Of a stretch of 64,000 bases of DNA, positions 38,792-53,630 are shown piece after piece (the stretch's first letter is position 1; each line of letters opens with the position of its first letter). The translations under genes were made by a program, and so were the position numbers. The stretch lies in NCBI GenBank assembly GCA_951406725.2, contig OX597822.1:30442001-30506000 (forward strand), given 5' to 3'. This DNA comes from Octopus vulgaris. Its lineage: Eukaryota. A model generated the notes under the pieces. The model ran no database searches and had not been told where the DNA came from. It saw only the letters and a list, made by a program, of their open reading frames with translations.

Positions 38792-40600
38792 ATTCATCAA
38801 TCATAGGACCAACAGTAGAGCCAGTGACTTTGTGTGTTTTTTTTTTTGCAAATGAAAAAAAACACACTTTGGGATTAAGTATGATGTTCTCAATGGCCCA
38901 GGACCTTTCGGCTCATCTCTGATAGACATATCATGTTGTTTTGGAGATTATGTTTTTTAATCTCTAGTGATGTGATAGCAGTTAGGTTGGTGTGTTGCTG
39001 TTGACAGTATTTCAGTTTGTTGATTTTTTTTGTTCTAATTTTCCTGATGAGTGTTTTTCTATTTCTATGGATTTTGCACTTAGATTTGTTTACAAATTTT
39101 TAATGGGGTATGTTTTGCACATATGTTCGTAATGGTGTCTACAAATGACTGCCAATAATTTTTTATGTTAGTGTGTGTGTGTGCGTGAAGGACCAATCAA
39201 CATGAGCAAGATCATGCCTGATCGCTTCCCAGTTTGCGTTGAGGAAATCAATAGTATCAAATGGATGGACAGGAGGGATGACGTCTGTTTTGCATTTTAG
39301 CCTGTGAAATCTCAGATCACAGAGAACCATGTCATGATCAGAAAGTAGAGTTTTCTCCACTGCAATATTGTGAATAGTGTCAGTGTGATTGCTGAACATT
39401 AAGTCTAGGACATTTTTGTGACATCTCGTTGGTTCGAGCACCAATTGGGACAAGAAAAAATCATCCATGAAGTCAAGAAACGATTCCACTGCCTCCCTGT
39501 CAGGGGTTGAGACAGAAGAACCTGGCGGTAAACTGCTTGCAAACCAATCAACACCGGGGCGGTTGAAGTCCCCCATTATTAAGATGTTGTCAGGTTGACA
39601 CTGCTGGATGAAACACTTTATGTTGTTGAGGCATTCCTTGAAGCATGGTAGGGGTGGTTGGGGTGGTCTGTAGAGTCCAACTATTATTAAGTTGTTGGTT
39701 CAACTGAATACAGTGACTGCTTCACAGTATCCATTGTAAAATATGTTCATAGCCTCTGTTGAGAATGAATCATGAACATAAATGGCAGTCCCACCCTTTC
39801 TTCTGCCAGCACGATCAGCACGAATGGCTTTGAAATTTTTAACTTTCACCTCGCCTCGAAGTGGAGGTTACTAAGATGGGTTTCAGTGAGGACGAAGAAA
39901 GGGATGTGGTTTGGATGGGCATCAACCCAGTCCTCCAGGAATTTTATCCTCCCTTTTTGAGTATTGGTGGAAGGCCTGATGTCTTGGGCGTTAAGCAAAA
40001 ATGTTAAGGCGAGAGTGGATGGTTTTAATTGTTTTGGTGTTTTGTATATTTGTTAGTTTTGTAAAGACATGTGCAGTGGGGTGATAGTGGTGGATGGTGC
40101 TGGGTGATAGTTCGAATGTTTTTTCCAGTTCTTTTGCTAGATTCATAAGAGCTAAAAAAGAGGAAGAAGTTTCTTGCCAAGGCAACTGTAGGTGACTGTA
40201 GTTGTGGTTATTTTTATATGAGTCATAGGTTTTTTTGCGTTTATTTTTATTGTCATTTGTCTGACGAGTCCCCGGGAGATGGGTAAAGGAACAATCCCTG
40301 GTAGGTGACTGTAGTTGTGGTTATTTTTATATGAGTCATAGGTTTTTTTGCGTTTATTTTTATTATCATTTGTCTGACGAATAAAGGAACAATCCCTGTG
40401 CAAACACAATCTATCTCGCTGGGAATAGCGGCAGATTTGGGGATTCCTTGTTTGAGATATTGGGGGTTGTGGTGGTGTTGTAATAGAGTATGTATTATGG
40501 TGGTGGCTGTTGTTGTTTGTGGGGACAGAGCGTTTTGTCCCAGGTAAACGGGTGAATTTGCAGTCTCTATCAGTGCATATATATAAGTTATAATGTTTTG
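38792..40600 (-). mobile_element. CR1-group LINE 5' part (APE domain + upstream Cys-rich region), same subfamily as 1199-3937
   Basis: GDFNRPGVDW...DREAVE...SDHDMVLCDLRFHR nearly identical to the 1188 ORF; truncated before the RT domain. Confidence 0.92.
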
Positions 40601-40657
40601 CCCGTTCATTCTGTTTTTCATACACTCACACGCACAAACACACACACATACACACAC

Positions 40658-40733
<76 letters not shown>

Positions 40734-41225
40734 TGTGTTTTTGCTGTATACATATGGCGTATTGTATTTCTGCTGATTTCGGCAGTGAGTTCTTTCAATA
40801 GTTCTATCAACTGCAATCATTGAAATGCAGTGTAACTGGATGAGTAAGCAACAGACACACGTAACCTGAACATAATCTTCAGGCACAATAAGCATGACGC
40901 AGTATATGAAATCAGCAATATTCCTTCTAACCTTTAACTGTAGTTGTGCACAAAAATTATCAGTGCATGAAATTTTTATCATTTTTGTGAATGATGTACA
41001 CTACCCTAATCAAGCAGCCATCGCTGAAATTTCTTCATCTTAAAAAAAGACTCGATTTCCCCTTAAAATTATTGTAGTGGACTTCAATCTTGAGCCTTGG
41101 GATTAATTAACCCGGTTGCTTGGTTTCCGTGACGTATTAACGATCAAGATCATGCCATTACCCCTGAACTTGATGTAGGTCCTTTACACGTTTACTCATT
41201 TACAACAGTTATGTATTGCTTAAGT

Positions 41226-41526
41226 GGAGGCACATGGCCTAGTGGTTAGAGCAGCGGACTCGCGGTCGAGGGATTGCGAGTTCGAGTCTCAGACCGGGCG
41301 ATGTGTGTGTTTATGAGCGAAACACATAAGATCCACGCGGCTCCAGCAGAAAGTAATAGCGAACTTCTGCTGACTCTTTCGCCACAACTTTCTCTCATTC
41401 TTTCCTCCTGCATCTTGCACCTCACCTGCGACGGACCGGCGTCCCGTCTAGGTGGCGACCCTATATGCGAAGGGAACCGGGAAACCGGCCCTTATGAGCC
41501 AGACGTGGCTCGGGAAGGAACAAACA
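41226..41526 (+). mobile_element. SINE family B, tail type 3, nested in an older minus-strand SINE
   Basis: ATGTATTGCTTAAG duplicated at 41211-41224 and 41527-41540. Confidence 0.87.
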
Positions 41527-41964
41527 ATGTATTGCTTAAGAACGCCATGAAACACCCAGGAATTGAAACCATGGTCTAACGATCGTGTGTGCAAATCTTT
41601 GAACACTAGAGCACGTAGTTCCGGATTTAGCCCCTCTGCGTGGCACCTTAATCAAGTGTCTTCTATAGCCTCGCGCTGACAATAAATAGCCTTGTAAATG
41701 GATTTAGTATGCAGAAAGTGATAGGAGCGTGTCGTAATAATACTTATGTGCGGTCGCTCAAGCGCACAGCTTATAAAGAAAACTGGTTATAATGATTAGT
41801 TCATTGAATTAATTTTACTGTCCAACCAATTAGATTCCACACAGTTTCTGTCTAATTACTTACACACACAGGTTGTGAATGGAACCGAAGTCTATAATGG
41901 ACACTATTCTAAGACCCACGCGTTAGGATGAACCCGAGGTCTCAAACGCTGCGTTAGTAAAGTA

Positions 41965-42218
41965 AAAAGTAAAGTTACTTTCTCGAGTCATACCGTCACA
42001 TAAGGAGAGATTTCTCGGTTTCATGGCATATATATTCTCCACCTGGACGGGACGCCGGTCCGTCGCAGGATTACTCATTTTTGCCGGCTGAATGAACAGG
42101 AGTTACGTGAAATGAAGTGTTTTGCTCAAAAACACAACGCGTCTCCCGGTCCAGGAATCGAAACTACAATCTTACGATCATGAATGCAACACCTTAACTA
42201 CCAAGCCAAGCGCCTCCA
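41965..42218 (-). mobile_element. SINE family C
   Basis: Reverse complement of family C head plus CTGCGACGGACCGGCGTCCCGTCCAG module. Confidence 0.8.
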
Positions 42219-42751
42219 CTCTCAATCGCTCTGCGTGCGAACACGCAAATGCGCACAGAGAGAGACAAGCACATACACAGTTACACACAGACACACTCAT
42301 ACACACACACGTACACACACACACACGAATGCACATGCACACTCACTTGCACACTCTCAAAGACACACTCATGTACATCCACTCACGCATACGTATTCCT
42401 ATTCACATAGACAATTACACATAAAACAAGTACATACAAACGCAAACCAGGTCATGGTTACGCTAAGTTGGAACTTGTGATGGGTGATAAAGTAGGAGTG
42501 ACGCGAAAATAGGGATAGTAAAGGAAAGGGAAGAGAGAAAAGTCACATGGTTCAAATTTTGTCTCCCATTTTAGTTGGATGGACCCTCCTTGCCATTCGA
42601 TGCTTTAAAAAACCATCCTATATCTTTTTATTAATATATATAATTAGAAATTGCATAAAAAAATTGTAAAAATATTTCGAGTATTAAAGAAGTATAACCA
42701 CTTTATTGCACATAGCAAGAGGATATTACATGGGCCATGGAGGGTCATATA

Positions 42752-42945
42752 CTGTATTTTAATGTGTATAAGGAACCCACGTGTATAAGAAACCCCCTAG
42801 TTTTGGGGGCTTAAAATTTGGAAAAAAGGTTGTGTTAGGGATTATTGTAAGGGATAATATTATATACTATCTATGTATAAGAAACTCATATTTTTCTAAC
42901 CTAATTCTTGACAAAAAAGGGTTCCTTATGCAAGTGAAAATACGG
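42752..42945. mobile_element. Tc2/pogo-type MITE with TA target duplication
   Basis: TA then CTGTATTTTAATGTGTATAAGGAACCC ... GGGTTCCTTATGCAAGTGAAAATACGG then TA. Confidence 0.75.
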
Positions 42946-44526
42946 TAGATCCTTGTTGAGAACTGCTGCCTTAGATGAAGCTTGGTGGACGAGGTGTAAG
43001 GGACCAAATTCGTTTTTAATATAGAACCGGTGTTCCCCGTCTCAGCCTGTTTGCCGAGTGTTCGTACGAGTGTATAACCGTTTCGATTTCATATCAAAGT
43101 GCAGCTTCTTATCTTTCTCTCATTTCTTAAAGAGGTTTAACATTCATACTCCATTTCTTTTACTTGTTTCAATCATTAGACTGCGCCAATGCTGGGGCAC
43201 CATCGTGAACTGCTTTTCTTTTAGTCGAATGAATCGGTCCTAGTATTTATTCCTTTTTTGAAGCCTGGTACTCATTCTATCATTCTCTTTTGGCGAACTA
43301 CTAAGTTATTGAGACTTAAACACTTCAGCACCGGTTGTTAAGCAGTGGGGGTGGGGGCCAAGCACAGACACAAAAGCACAAACACTGAAGCACAGACACT
43401 CGCGCGCGTGCTCAACACACACACAATATCGACATTTTTTCGGCCATCTTGGAAATGTCTGGATTACTCATACACTTGTGTGCGGCTCATACACTCCTCT
43501 CCATACACTTTCTGCTACTTTGCGTTGGCCTCTGAGCAGGTATAGCCACGTCAACTTTCACTGTCATGGTCAATGCGACGATTACACACTACACACCTTC
43601 CTTCCAAGCACGGCTATAAACAGCGGAAGTGAGTTAGAACGTTGAAACTTAGTGTGCATGCACAGCAGAGTTCAAGGTTAATCTTTGGCAAGCGGCTTCA
43701 CTCTACGTGCGTTAACTTCGTTTCTATGGCAACAACCCTGGTACTTAATGATGAACCTTCCTGGACCGGGAGACGCGTTGTATTCAATATATATCATATT
43801 CTTATTTAGCATTTATGTTGAGTAACGGAATAGGATGTGAAGTGTCGGAAAACATGAGTTAAAGCAAGTAAGAGAAACGGAGGGCTGGAGTGAGAATCAC
43901 TTCATTTAAGGATGTATTTTCTACTTAGGTTGATTTCAATAACCATCCCTCTTCCTTTTTCCGAACCACTTTACGTGCCATCATGCCATGCATTTTTCTC
44001 TATCACGTGTTATTCCCCTTATTTATCTTTTTTTATTTTTCTCGATATTGCGAAAAATAGATAGATAGATAGATAAAGAGAGAGAGAGAGAGAAGGAGAG
44101 AGGAAGTGGGGAAGGGAGAAGAAGAGATAAAGTAGGATACATATAAACAATGGAGTATTGGTCCCAGTTCGCGTGAAGGTGAGAGAGACAAAGAGAGACA
44201 AAAATATAAGAATAGGAAATTGGAAGAATGAGAGTTATACAAAGATCACATTCTTTATACATTATTTATAATATGAACTTATAATATATGCAAGAATGCC
44301 TTTCAGTATTTATTCCTGCACTCCAAATTCGAATCCCACCCAGATCAACCTAGCTTTCGTCCTTCCGGTGTTCATAAGTAAGGTACCAGACCGGCCGGGG
44401 CAGTGAACTAGTGGAATGTCAGACCATCTAATGAAATGCCTTGAGATAATTTTCTTTGGTTCGGTACGCATGTGTGTTAGTAAATATGCCTATGTGTATG
44501 TTAATGTGTGCGTGGTGAGTGTGCAT

Positions 44527-44571
<45 letters not shown>

Positions 44572-44621
44572 CACGTCTATGTGTATTGGTTTTGTATTTA
44601 TTGATGTGTGTGAGAGCATGG

Positions 44622-44810
44622 GCTGGACGGGGCGACGCGTTGTGTTCTTGAGCAAAACACTTCATTTCACGTTGCTTTAGTCAACTCAGCTGGCAAAAAT
44701 GAGTTACGCTGCGATGGACTGGCGTCCCGTCCAGCTGGGGAAGACATACGCCATCGAAACCGGGAAATCGGGCTCATGAGCCTGACTAGGCTTTCAAAGG
44801 GAGCATATTA
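44622..44810 (+). mobile_element. SINE family C, 5'-truncated
   Basis: Near-identical to 56865-57045. Confidence 0.82.
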
Positions 44811-44815
44811 TATAT

Positions 44816-44908
<93 letters not shown>

Positions 44909-44932
44909 AATACATACATATACATATATATG

Positions 44933-44976
<44 letters not shown>

Positions 44977-44986
44977 TATATATATG

Positions 44987-45054
<68 letters not shown>

Positions 45055-45226
45055 TGTACATACATATGCATATATATATATATATATATATGTATTTATA
45101 TATGTATATGATATATGTATGTATGAATGCAAGCATGCATGTATGTATGTATGTATATATATAGTTATGTACTCCACCCACACATATATGAATGTACGTG
45201 TGTGTGTGTGTGTGTGTGTGTGTGTA
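44810..45226. repeat. compound TA/CA/TG microsatellite
   Basis: Read directly from sequence. Confidence 0.95.
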
Positions 45227-45288
45227 AGCTATTGAATCCATTTCTATTAATGAATCTTGCGCTAAATTTATTATTACGAGTTTAAGTA

Positions 45289-45487
45289 AGGCGGGTAGAT
45301 GGCAGAATCGTTAGGACGCTGGACAAAATGGTTAGCGGTGTTTCGCCCGTCACTACGTTCTGAGTTCAATTTCCACTGAGGTCGACTTGGTCTTTCATCA
45401 TTTCGGGGCCGATAGATTAAGCACCAGTTACACACTGGGTTCCATGTAATCGACTAGTTCCCTCCCACAAAATTTCAGGCCTTGTGC
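45289..45487 (+). mobile_element. SINE family D
   Basis: Family D core. Confidence 0.8.
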
Positions 45488-45490
45488 TTC

Positions 45491-45832
45491 GGTCATGCTG
45501 GAGCACCACAATTAATCAAGCAACTCGACCCCGGGACTTATTCTTTATAAGCCCAGTACTTATTCTATCGGTCTCTTTTGCCGAGCCGCTAAGTAACGGG
45601 GACATAAACACACCAGCATCGGTTGTCAAGCAATGCTAGGGGAACAAACACAGACACACAAACACACATATATATATATACATATATACAACGGGCTTCT
45701 TTCAGTTTCCGTCTACCAAATCCACTCACAAGTCTTTGGTCGGCCCAAGGCTATAGTAGAAGACACTTGCCCGAGGTGCCACGCAGTGGGACTGAACCCG
45801 GAACCATGTGGTTGGTAAGCATAGCCACTCCA
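45491..45832 (-). mobile_element. SINE family A
   Basis: Reverse complement of family A, abutting the family D copy tail to tail. Confidence 0.85.
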
Positions 45833-46321
45833 TGTTTAAGTACTCATGAAACTCATTTTTCTATGACCCCTCAGAGCAACCATGTATTTTTCTTTAAATC
45901 CTTACACATTATCAGAACAATTGTTGTTACTTTAGATTCAGGTCCTTCATTTAATAACAATACGAAAGCATACTGGCTCTTGGATCAATTAGAGAGAAGT
46001 TTTCTGCTTTTGGTTACGTCACATTGATAAATTTTCTAACACATTCTGATCGAAGTGCAGCGATGTATAAAAGTTTTGAAAATCAGCTGGGCGTGTCTGG
46101 AATAGTACGGAAACCGGAAATTGGTTTCTGTGCAGAACTATTTCTGCTGAGCCATAGATTAATATGAAATGCATTTAATAAGTTATTTGTGCGCGTGTGC
46201 GTATGTGTGTGTGTGTGTGTGTGTGTGTGTATTAATACTTATGTATGTATATATACATACATATATACATATATGTATACATATAGACACACATACATAA
46301 ATACATACATACATGCATGCA

Positions 46322-46381
<60 letters not shown>

Positions 46382-46406
46382 TATATACATAATATATATG
46401 TATAAA

Positions 46407-46443
<37 letters not shown>

Positions 46444-46457
46444 GATTAAATAAATAA

Positions 46458-46500
<43 letters not shown>

Positions 46501-46838
46501 GAAGTGAGGTACTCAGAAAATCGGATGGTTTATATTTACAGATATTTATGTGTATATTACATTTTTTATATATATCATATAACTTAGATCATTAGCGCTT
46601 TCTCCCACAACAAGAATTCAGTAATTTTTCAGAGATATATATTAAATGTTTTCAACTATGGAATTCGAAGATAAAGCCATAAATAATCGACTGTCATGTT
46701 ACCAAAATCATTTAACCTTTTCTGTCCAAAATGTGATTATCCCAATGTTCTACACGCCATTATTTATTTTCGACTTCCGCCACGAAATGTAATTTACTTC
46801 ACATCTCTCGAAGTTTTTCAATTCTTATAACCGACTTA

Positions 46839-47256
46839 TAGGCGCAGGAGTGGCTGTGTGGTAAGTAGCTTGCTAACCAACCACATGGTTCCGGGTTCAG
46901 TCCCACTGCGTAGCACCTTGGGCAAGTGTCTTCTGCTATAGCCCCGGCCGACCAATGCCTTGTGAGTGGATTTGGTAGACGGAAACTGAAAGAAGCCCGT
47001 CGTATATATGTATATATATATGTGTGTGCGTGTATGTTTGTGTGTCTGTGTCTGTCCCCCTAGCATTGTTTGACAACCGATGCTGGTGTGTTTACGTCCC
47101 CGTCACTTAGCGGTTCGGCAAAAGAGACCGATAGAATAAGTACTGGGCTTACAAAAGAATAAGTCCCGGGGTCGAGTTGCTCGATTAAAGGCGGTGCTCC
47201 AGCATGGCCGCAGTCAAATGACTGAAACAAGTAAAAGAGTAAAAGAGTAAAAGAGA
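46839..47256 (+). mobile_element. SINE family A, full length
   Basis: Complete head to (GTAAAAGA)3 tail. Confidence 0.9.
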
Positions 47257-47706
47257 GACTGTTTAATACTCCTGTTTCGTGCTTTTAACGACAATATACG
47301 AAAACTTCATAAGACAACAGCATCCAGAAATTTTAAAAATATAAAATTCATGGAGAGTCAAGGCTTCGAGCGTACAAACAATGACAGAGTGGACGTACAG
47401 AGTAAATAATCAACTACTATTTTCTTCTCTTTTAATTATTCTATATCACTACTCTCTTCGCTTCTAATTACTCTATTTCATTGAAAAAAATTCTCCCAGG
47501 CGTTATCCATTACAATTCGACTTGGCCTAACGGCCTTTAATATTTACCTTCGTTGATTGTTTACTCTGTACGTCCAAACTGTCGTTGTTTTTTCGTTCGA
47601 AGCCCTAACTCTTTATGAATTTTATATTTTATAAATTCCTGGATACTGCTGTCTTATGAAGTTTTCCTGCCTTGTTAAAAGCACGAAATAGGAGTAATAA
47701 TCAGTC
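47257..47706. repeat. long imperfect inverted repeat (about 155-bp arms)
   Basis: 47257-47413 is the imperfect reverse complement of 47552-47706. Confidence 0.85.
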
Positions 47707-47830
47707 GGACAACTGATGAGGAGTTATCATCTTTTGGTATTTTGTCCTGTACACAATGTGTATTTTTTATTATTATTTATAATCAAACGCCACGCACCCT
47801 TGACCACATTGAGTCCTTACATTCATATAC

Positions 47831-47863
<33 letters not shown>

Positions 47864-47917
47864 TGTATGTATGTATGTATGTATGTATGTATGTATGTAT
47901 GTATGTGTATATGTATG

Positions 47918-47952
<35 letters not shown>

Positions 47953-47977
47953 ATGTGTGAGTATGTGTGTGTGTGTA

Positions 47978-48200
47978 TGAGGCGCAGTTGCCCAGTGGTT
48001 AGGGCAGTGGACTCGCGCTCGTAGGATCACGGTTTCGATTCCCAGACCGAGCAGATTGAGCGAAAACACCTAAAGCGCCACGATCTCCGGCAGGGGTGGT
48101 GACGATTCCTGCTGTACTCTTTCGCCACAACTTTCTCACTCTTTCATTTGTTGGCCTGCTCGGTTAGCCAGCAAGGTGACGTCATTTGAAGGCTAAAACA
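47978..48200 (+). mobile_element. SINE family B, tail type 2, partial
   Basis: Family B head and partial tail. Confidence 0.78.
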
Positions 48201-48404
48201 CGCTGGAGGAAATGATTAGCGGTATTTCGCCCGTCACTACTTACTGAGTTCAAATTCCTTGTGCCTATACGTGGCGAATTCATTATGTAATGCCGCAATC
48301 TTCAGAAGAAACCCTTCATATATTCTGACTATATCTACCCCTAAACTGACTCACCAGACTCACACTAATAAGTATTGATGACTTTCATTAACGCAATTGA
48401 CTAC

Positions 48405-49469
48405 TTACCTATCTAAAATGCACCATAAATGTTCAATAATATTGAGATCTGGGGACTGTGGTGGCCAGATAAGATGTTCAACTTCACTAGAATGTTGCTC
48501 GTGGCATTCAGTAACAATTTTAGCTGTCTGAATTGGTGCATTATCATCCTGAATGATTGCGTTTCCCCCTGGAATCCGTTCTGCAATCATAGGATAAATT
48601 TGATCACATAAAATGCTTAAATCGTATTGACTATCAATTCAGCCATGACGGGAAACATTGGGCTGGCGGATTTCCAAGATATAGCATCCACCCCAGTTCA
48701 TCACAGATCCTCCTCCATGTTTTTCACACATTTGGAAGAAGGCAGTCTGGGTTAAATGTTTCTTTTGGATGTCTTCACACGTATACTCGGCCAGTGGTCG
48801 GAAATAAGGTAAAGAATGACTCGTCCGAGTAATTACATTCTTCCACAACTCTAGGGACAAATTTTGAAGGTTTTTACTCCACTCTAAACGCTTTGCAACG
48901 TTTGATTTTAAAAGTAGTGCTTTTCTGATTGCAGCCCTCCCGTGAAATTCGGCTTCGTGCAGCTCACGGCGAAGAGTTTTTTGTGGAAACTGGGTTCTCG
49001 AGGTGGTCATTAAGCTCTGCAATAATTTCGGGAGCTGTAATTTTGTGATCTTTTCTAACAATTCGCGTAAGAGTCCGACGGTCCTTATCTGAAAGTTTTT
49101 TGTTTTCTTCCGGAGTTTTCTTTCGACGAGGAAGTTTTTCCCTATTTCTCACAGGCTGTCATTACTTTCAAGACAGTACATCTTGAGACACCAAACATTT
49201 CGGCTGTTTTCTTTACTCTAACGCCTACCATACAAGCACCAATAATTTAACCTCTTTGAAAGTCCGATAGTTCTGTCATTTTAATGAATTTTAATTACCT
49301 TTTTCTGATGATATGTGAAAAGAAATAGCAATTTTAGCAAAGCATATTAAGCAACACTAATAATAAATAAAAAAAAACATAGAAATGAACATGTTCTTGA
49401 TATTTTATAGATACTTCAAAATTATGATGCTATGATGCTAGGTGTTGCCATCATTTTGTCCAACCATTG
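48405..49469 (-). mobile_element. Tc1-like (DD34E) transposon, decayed, 3'-truncated
   Basis: KLSDKDRRTL HTH region, KHGGGSVMNWG, QDDNAP, WPPQSPDLNIIEHLW; 5' TIR CAATGGTTGGACAAAATGATGGCAACACC next to TA. Confidence 0.92.
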
Positions 49470-49516
<47 letters not shown>

Positions 49517-49888
49517 GTATATATACACATGAATATATATATATACCAGACGTTGCATAACTAATAGTTATCCTTGATATGCCTTGAATGAAAAGCCTGG
49601 CTCGATTTTCAACGGTCCATTGCAGAGACATATAAAAGCAAAATGCACTATTGACGTGCCATGCGTCAACAAAGCGTCAGAATATAAATCAATGTGTCAA
49701 ATATACGTAAATAGATATTTGACATATTGCTGTGTGTGCCGAGTCAGCTTCACAGTCGGTGCTCAAAGCTGATTTCACTTGCGTAACGTTTGACATCGAT
49801 TTCAATAATACTTATATTATATAAATACACTATCTATCTGTCTATCACTCTCTCTCTCTCTCTCTCTCCATATATATATATATATATA

Positions 49889-50759
<871 letters not shown>

Positions 50760-50764
50760 AATAT

Positions 50765-50808
<44 letters not shown>

Positions 50809-50997
50809 CGTTCAGGTTTACAGAAAAACAAAAGATAGGTGTAAGAACAACAAGCAGGTGTATTAGCTTGATGCCCGAGGAAAATGGAAAAGCCTTTTAC
50901 GTTTCGAGCCTACGCTCTTCGACAGGATGGAATATGATAGAACGAAAATACAACGGAGGGGAAAAAACAGTATAGATTTCAGTGGTCCAACATGGCG

Positions 50998-51094
<97 letters not shown>

Positions 51095-51143
51095 GTCTGT
51101 CTATCTATCCATCTGTCTCTCTGATTATATCTCTCTCCCTTTT

Positions 51144-51206
<63 letters not shown>

Positions 51207-51699
51207 TACAATATTACTAAAATAATAATATCTTCGAAAACCTATGTCAGCGCAGCATTATCAAAATTTTTGCTGTTATGTTAATAAACCTGAGACAAAA
51301 AGGACGGCCAAAATTAAATTCAACTTAAGACAATCGTTCATTCAACCAACAGCAGCGTCATTGAATAACTAATTTAGTTTTTGAACATAAAAGTTTAAAA
51401 AATACTATAATTATTCCATATTTTTTGACAATTTGAAATCTGCATAGAAAAACAACGTTAAAAAATTAGGCGCTTAGCGTTTATTAACAGCTAAAATTCT
51501 TTCAGATGTTCGGTTGTAAATTCATCAATTTATATCAGCTTGATAATGTTGAGTTAATATGTATTGTCGATAAATACATATATTCACATATACATATTTA
51601 TAGATATGTATATATATACCCACACAAATAAAGAAATTCTATCCACCAGTGCGGTTTTCAGCACTCATTCTTGTCGTTCGACATTTACGTATTTGTATA

Positions 51700-52290
51700 T
51701 ACCCAAACATGATAGCGGTAAATAGACGCCATATAAAACAGGGTAGCTGTTCTGTAATAGTCTGGGCAGCAAATTGGAATAATGGTCAATCAAAGCTAGT
51801 GGAGTGTGAGGGACACATACACTCAGATAAATATGTCTCCATAGTGCAGAAAGGACCCTTCTAATCGAATCGTCTTCTGTTATGAAATGATTAAAGAAGA
51901 CTCATTATTTATGGAAGATGGGACCAAGATTGGTTGGAAGAGGATGGCACTAAAAAGCTTCCATGACCAAGCCACGTACCAGATATGAACCCTGTTGAGC
52001 ATCTGTGGGGCATAATGGACAGGACACATCATAAAAAGAACGAGAAAGCATCTTCAAAGCCAGATCTTCTGAGATTGCTGCATGAAACGCGACAAGAAAT
52101 TCCGCAAGAGAATATTCATCTCATCAGTAGCGTGCCTAATAGGGTCTTTGAATTGAAAAATGAAAAGGGCAGGTCTACTAAATATTAGAGTGTCACATTA
52201 TAATAATTAAGAAAAATTTAAATTTATTCCAGATTTAAATAAATTTTAAACGATATTGAGGGTGTCTATTTACATCTGTCGTGTCTGTGA
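51700..52290 (+). mobile_element. Tc1-like transposase 3' fragment
   Basis: SVIVWAA, PDMNPVEHLWGIM, C-terminal GRSTKY*. Confidence 0.8.
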
Positions 52291-52346
<56 letters not shown>

Positions 52347-52400
52347 TTAATAAGGGTGAGAGAATTAGATACGAGCCATATAGTGACCACTCTCTTATAT

Positions 52401-52440
<40 letters not shown>

Positions 52441-52496
52441 GCGCTCTGTCCCACACGTGAGTGTGTGTATGCAGATATATGTGCATATATGTGCAT

Positions 52497-52662
52497 TACG
52501 TTGTGAGTTCAAATTCCGCCGAGGTTGACTTTGCCTTTCATCCTTTCGGGGTCGATAAATTAAGTACCAGTTCCGCACTGGGGTCGATGTAATCGACTTA
52601 ATACCTATGTCTGTCCTTGTTTGTCCCCTCTATGTTTAGCCCCTTGTGGGTAATAAAGAAAT
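52497..52662 (+). mobile_element. SINE family D, 5'-truncated, with target-site duplication
   Basis: AGATATATGTGCATATATGTG on both sides. Confidence 0.85.
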
Positions 52663-53163
52663 AGATATATGTGCATATATGTGTGTATACTGAAACTGAT
52701 CTGCACCGCACCCCAACAAAGAGGCATAAAACCCTCGATAAACGCAGAGTCGACAAAAAGATCATTGACTATTGAAATCTGAAGGTAATACTCGAGCGAA
52801 ATCTTCACCGTGAGGAATTTCTCCGTACCAAAATCAAAGAGCATACATCGATAATATTTTGAAATCTTTTGGTCTATTATGTATAAAAATTGCTCATGAC
52901 CACAACCGATATGAAGCAATATCTTCGACATAGAAAAAAAATTATCAATGATTTATTATATAGTGGTATAGCTAGAGTGTGTGCCACTGGGGCAGCCCCT
53001 GATTTTATTTCCTACCTCCCACTGGAGGCGCATACAGACTTTACTTATTTCTACAACAATTTCAAATAGCTTAGCATGGGTCAGACTGTCCCGCTCGCTA
53101 CTCTGTCTTGCTACGCTTCTGTGATTATATAGATTAAAGTATTTTTCGTTTTTCCAATTACAG

Positions 53164-53310
53164 AAGTCAGCCCCTGTTCCAGTGAATCGTGCAGTCACTT
53201 CTGTTTACCAAGTCCAAGAACTATTTACGAAATCAAAGATCCATGGATCTGTGCTTGTCCAGACCATCTGGTACTCTCAAGCGACGGACATAACTGTGTG
53301 GTGGATGAAG
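53164..53310 (+). CDS. LDLR/LRP-family receptor exon f (post-propeller EGF; not in ORF track)
   Basis: Acceptor ttccaattacag, donor gtttgt, 147 nt, phase 1-1; SPCSSESCSHFCLPSP...WICACPDHLVLSSDGHNC with six Cys. Confidence 0.92.
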
Positions 53311-53561
53311 GTTTGTCGCTATATGTGTTACTTGTGAATTTCTTGATTTATTGCATAAATAATAATAATATTTACTAAACAGTAATATTTTGGTATTTGT
53401 AGGCGTAGATATGGCTGTAAAGTCGAAAAGCTCGCTTTCGAATCACGTGGTTTTGTGTTCAGTTACACTGAGCGTTACCTTAAGCGCGTGTCTTCTACTA
53501 TAGCCACTGGCCGAGTGATCTGACGCATAGGCGCTGTGTGGAATCCTGTCGTATATAATGC

Positions 53562-53630
<69 letters not shown>

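Noticed and set aside
52605-52931. 108-aa minus-strand ORF
   Set aside because: No recognisable motif, and it ends in microsatellite and SINE sequence
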